Below, piece after piece: positions 63,471 to 64,000 of a stretch of DNA of 64,000 nt. The stretch's first letter is position 1. Each line of letters opens with the position of its first letter. The DNA comes from an uncultured Methylobacterium sp. (GTDB taxonomy: Bacteria; Pseudomonadota; Alphaproteobacteria; Rhizobiales; Beijerinckiaceae). Location: assembly GCA_964242725.1 (NCBI GenBank), contig CAXTCV010000004.1, positions 721-64,720 on the forward strand, in the 5' to 3' direction. The notes under the pieces are model-generated. The model worked only from the letters and a program-made list of their open reading frames with translations. It was not told where the DNA came from and made no database searches. Made by a program: the position numbers and the translations under genes.

Positions 63471-64000
63471 GTGACCAGTCATCCGCGCGACACACCGCAA
63501 TTCTACCTCACCGCGCCCTCGCCGTGCCCCTACCTGCCGGGTCAGGAGGAGCGGAAGGTGTTCACCCATCTTGTTGGACGGCGCGCGCGCGACCTCAACG
63601 AGATACTGACGCAGGGCGGATTCCGCCGTTCGCAGACCATCGCGTACCGGCCGGCCTGCGAGACGTGCCGGGCGTGCATCTCCGTGCGCGTGGTGGTGAA
63701 TGAGTTCGAGCCGAGCGCGAGTCAAAGGCGCATCCTGGCCCGCAACGCGGATTGGGTCGGCACGCCGGAGCCCAATCGGCCGGCCTCGGAGCAATACGCC
63801 CTGTTCCGCCGCTATCTAGACGCCCGCCACGGCGATGGCGGCATGGTCGACATGACGGTGCTCGACTACGCCATGATGGTCGAGGACAGCCACGTGGACA
63901 CGCATCTCGTGTCCTATCGGAGGCACGGGCCGGACACGGCGATCACCGGGCGCGGTTCGGGGCCGCCGCTCGCGTTCTGCCTGACGGATGTCCTCGCCGA
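63471..64000 (+). CDS. bpt: Arginyltransferase / Asp-Glu leucyltransferase (Bpt/ATE), truncated by the window end
   Basis: Manual translation from GTG 63471: [39 protein letters not shown]. Confidence 0.92.
   Translation, partial: MTSHPRDTPQFYLTAPSPCPYLPGQEERKVFTHLVGRRARDLNEILTQGGFRRSQTIAYRPACETCRACISVRVVVNEFEPSASQRRILARNADWVGTPEPNRPASEQYALFRRYLDARHGDGGMVDMTVLDYAMMVEDSHVDTHLVSYRRHGPDTAITGRGSGPPLAFCLTDVLA

Overview
High-GC (roughly 70% by eye) alphaproteobacterial chromosome. Gene content and protein sequences point to Methylobacterium (inference). Conserved blocks lie at both ends. Left (1-22.5 kb): unipolar-polysaccharide-like EPS genes, ctaA, PBP1A, a TreS-like enzyme and gyrB. Right (56-64 kb): an FeS photolyase, bcsS, exoD, ldtR, hemB, an RDD protein and a Bpt/ATE transferase. 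Between them is a patchy accessory region (about 22.5-56 kb). It holds an OprB porin, a four-gene candidate lipid-modification cluster (Psd, membrane-anchored class III aminotransferase, Mpo1/DUF962-like protein, PmtA-like methyltransferase), Mqo with a Tat signal, a CoA-transferase plus orphan mdcB, katG, a blue-copper protein, a deletion-scarred operon with an Irr box (cytochrome b561, truncated mbfA) followed by a collapsed two-component system, and many small secreted proteins behind sigma-EcfG-type promoters. The best candidate for an undescribed system is a secreted precursor-like protein with an H8/H7/H8 poly-His and Arg/aromatic tail, paired with a DUF6065-like protein. I saw no rRNA, tRNA, CRISPR array or transposase. 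All family calls come from motif recognition by eye, not database searches.
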